This document shows, in pieces, positions 40,629-41,441 of a DNA stretch of 41,441 bases. Within the stretch, counting starts at the first letter, position 1. Each line of letters opens with the position of its first letter. The notes under the pieces are model-generated. The model made no database searches. It was not told where the DNA came from and worked only from the letters and a program-made list of their open reading frames with translations. The position numbers were made by a program, and so were the translations under genes. The stretch lies in contig NW_005201202.1 in NCBI RefSeq assembly GCF_000372725.1, forward strand, positions 310,001 to 351,441. Reading direction: 5' to 3'. The stretch is from Emiliania huxleyi CCMP1516 (lineage: Eukaryota).

Positions 40629-41441
40629 TCACGCGCGCTCGGCGTGCAGCGCGCGCGCGTGCAGCTTGAGGGCGAAGAGCGGGTGCTGCACCTCGGGCAA
40701 GAGCTCGGTGGCCTCGTCCAGCGGGCTCAGGTAGAGGTCCTGCAGCAGCAGCCGCGCGCCGCGCTTGCCCGCCTCGACCGTCTCGAGCGCGTTCGCCGCG
40801 TCGCACGTTTCGACGTGCACGCGAAGCTTCTCGGAAAGGTCCTCCTCCTTGAGCCGCTTCGCGCGCACCTGGCTCAGGCGCGGGGGGAGGGGGGGGGGGG
40901 CTCCGGCTCAGGGGGGAGGTGCGCCCCCCGTATGCTCTCCCGCTGCCCTCTCCGCCCGCCCCGCCCCGCCCCGCCCCGCCCCGCCCCCACACGGCAGCGC
41001 GCGCCTGCTCGAGCAGCGCGTCGTGCTCCGCGTCGCGCGGCCGCGCCCGCTGTCGCCCGCCGCCCGCCTCGCCGCCCGCCTCGGCCAGCTGCGACATCAT
41101 GCCTACGCTGACAGCACCCCCCCCCGTCGAGCTGCGGCGGGCAGCGATGCGCCCGACGTGCGGGCTGCCGATCAGCGCGCGAGAGACGTCGGGGATGTAC
41201 TTTGTCAGGTTCTTCTTCTTCTCCCGCTCGTCGGCGAGCGCGCGCTGCTTGACGATCTTCGCCTTGAGCTGCAGGCAGCACCTGCGGAGCAGCAACGCGA
41301 GCGCGTCAGACGGCGCGGGCGCGGCGGCGTCCTCGGGCGAGACGCGGCCGGCGCTTTTCGATGGCGCGTTTGACCGCCTCCCGCACCTCCGGGATGTCGT
41401 CCCCGATGTACTCCTTGCCCGTCCCCTTGAAGGGCACCTGC
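40629..41441 (-). CDS. TOP6B: DNA topoisomerase VI subunit B, 3' part (gene begins beyond the window)
   Basis: VPFKGTGKEYIGDDIPEVREAVKRAIEK|CCLQLKAKIVKQ...NLTKYIPD and EKLRVHVE match the plant/algal TOP6B transducer and C-terminus; three GC-AG introns. Confidence 0.9.

Overview
GC-rich eukaryotic genomic DNA with two N-gaps. The many GC-AG introns filled with 10-11-bp tandem repeats and the SPPP-rich genes suggest a haptophyte, probably Emiliania/Gephyrocapsa huxleyi (inference). Manual splicing gives these genes: a coiled-coil hypothetical, a myristoylated hypothetical, a choline-transporter-like (SLC44/CTL) protein with a polyproline insert, a sulfotransferase-like protein, a THUMP RNA methyltransferase, a synaptojanin (Sac1 + 5-phosphatase), LINKIN/ITFG1, an EF-hand membrane protein, a Gfo/Idh/MocA + FAD aldonolactone-oxidase fusion, GMP synthase, a Zeta-toxin-like kinase and the 3' end of TOP6B. 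Several non-autonomous mobile elements and gene fragments lie between them. Three signals stand out. (1) At least 10 introns are bounded by 11-25-bp direct duplications of the exon sequence at the splice junction, suggesting duplication-driven intron birth that could also explain the excess of GC donors. (2) A sugar dehydrogenase is fused in frame to an aldonolactone oxidase. (3) A long-TIR element with a perfect 8-bp TSD carries cargo and a nested TSD-less insertion. All gene models and family calls were made by eye, without RNA data or database searches.
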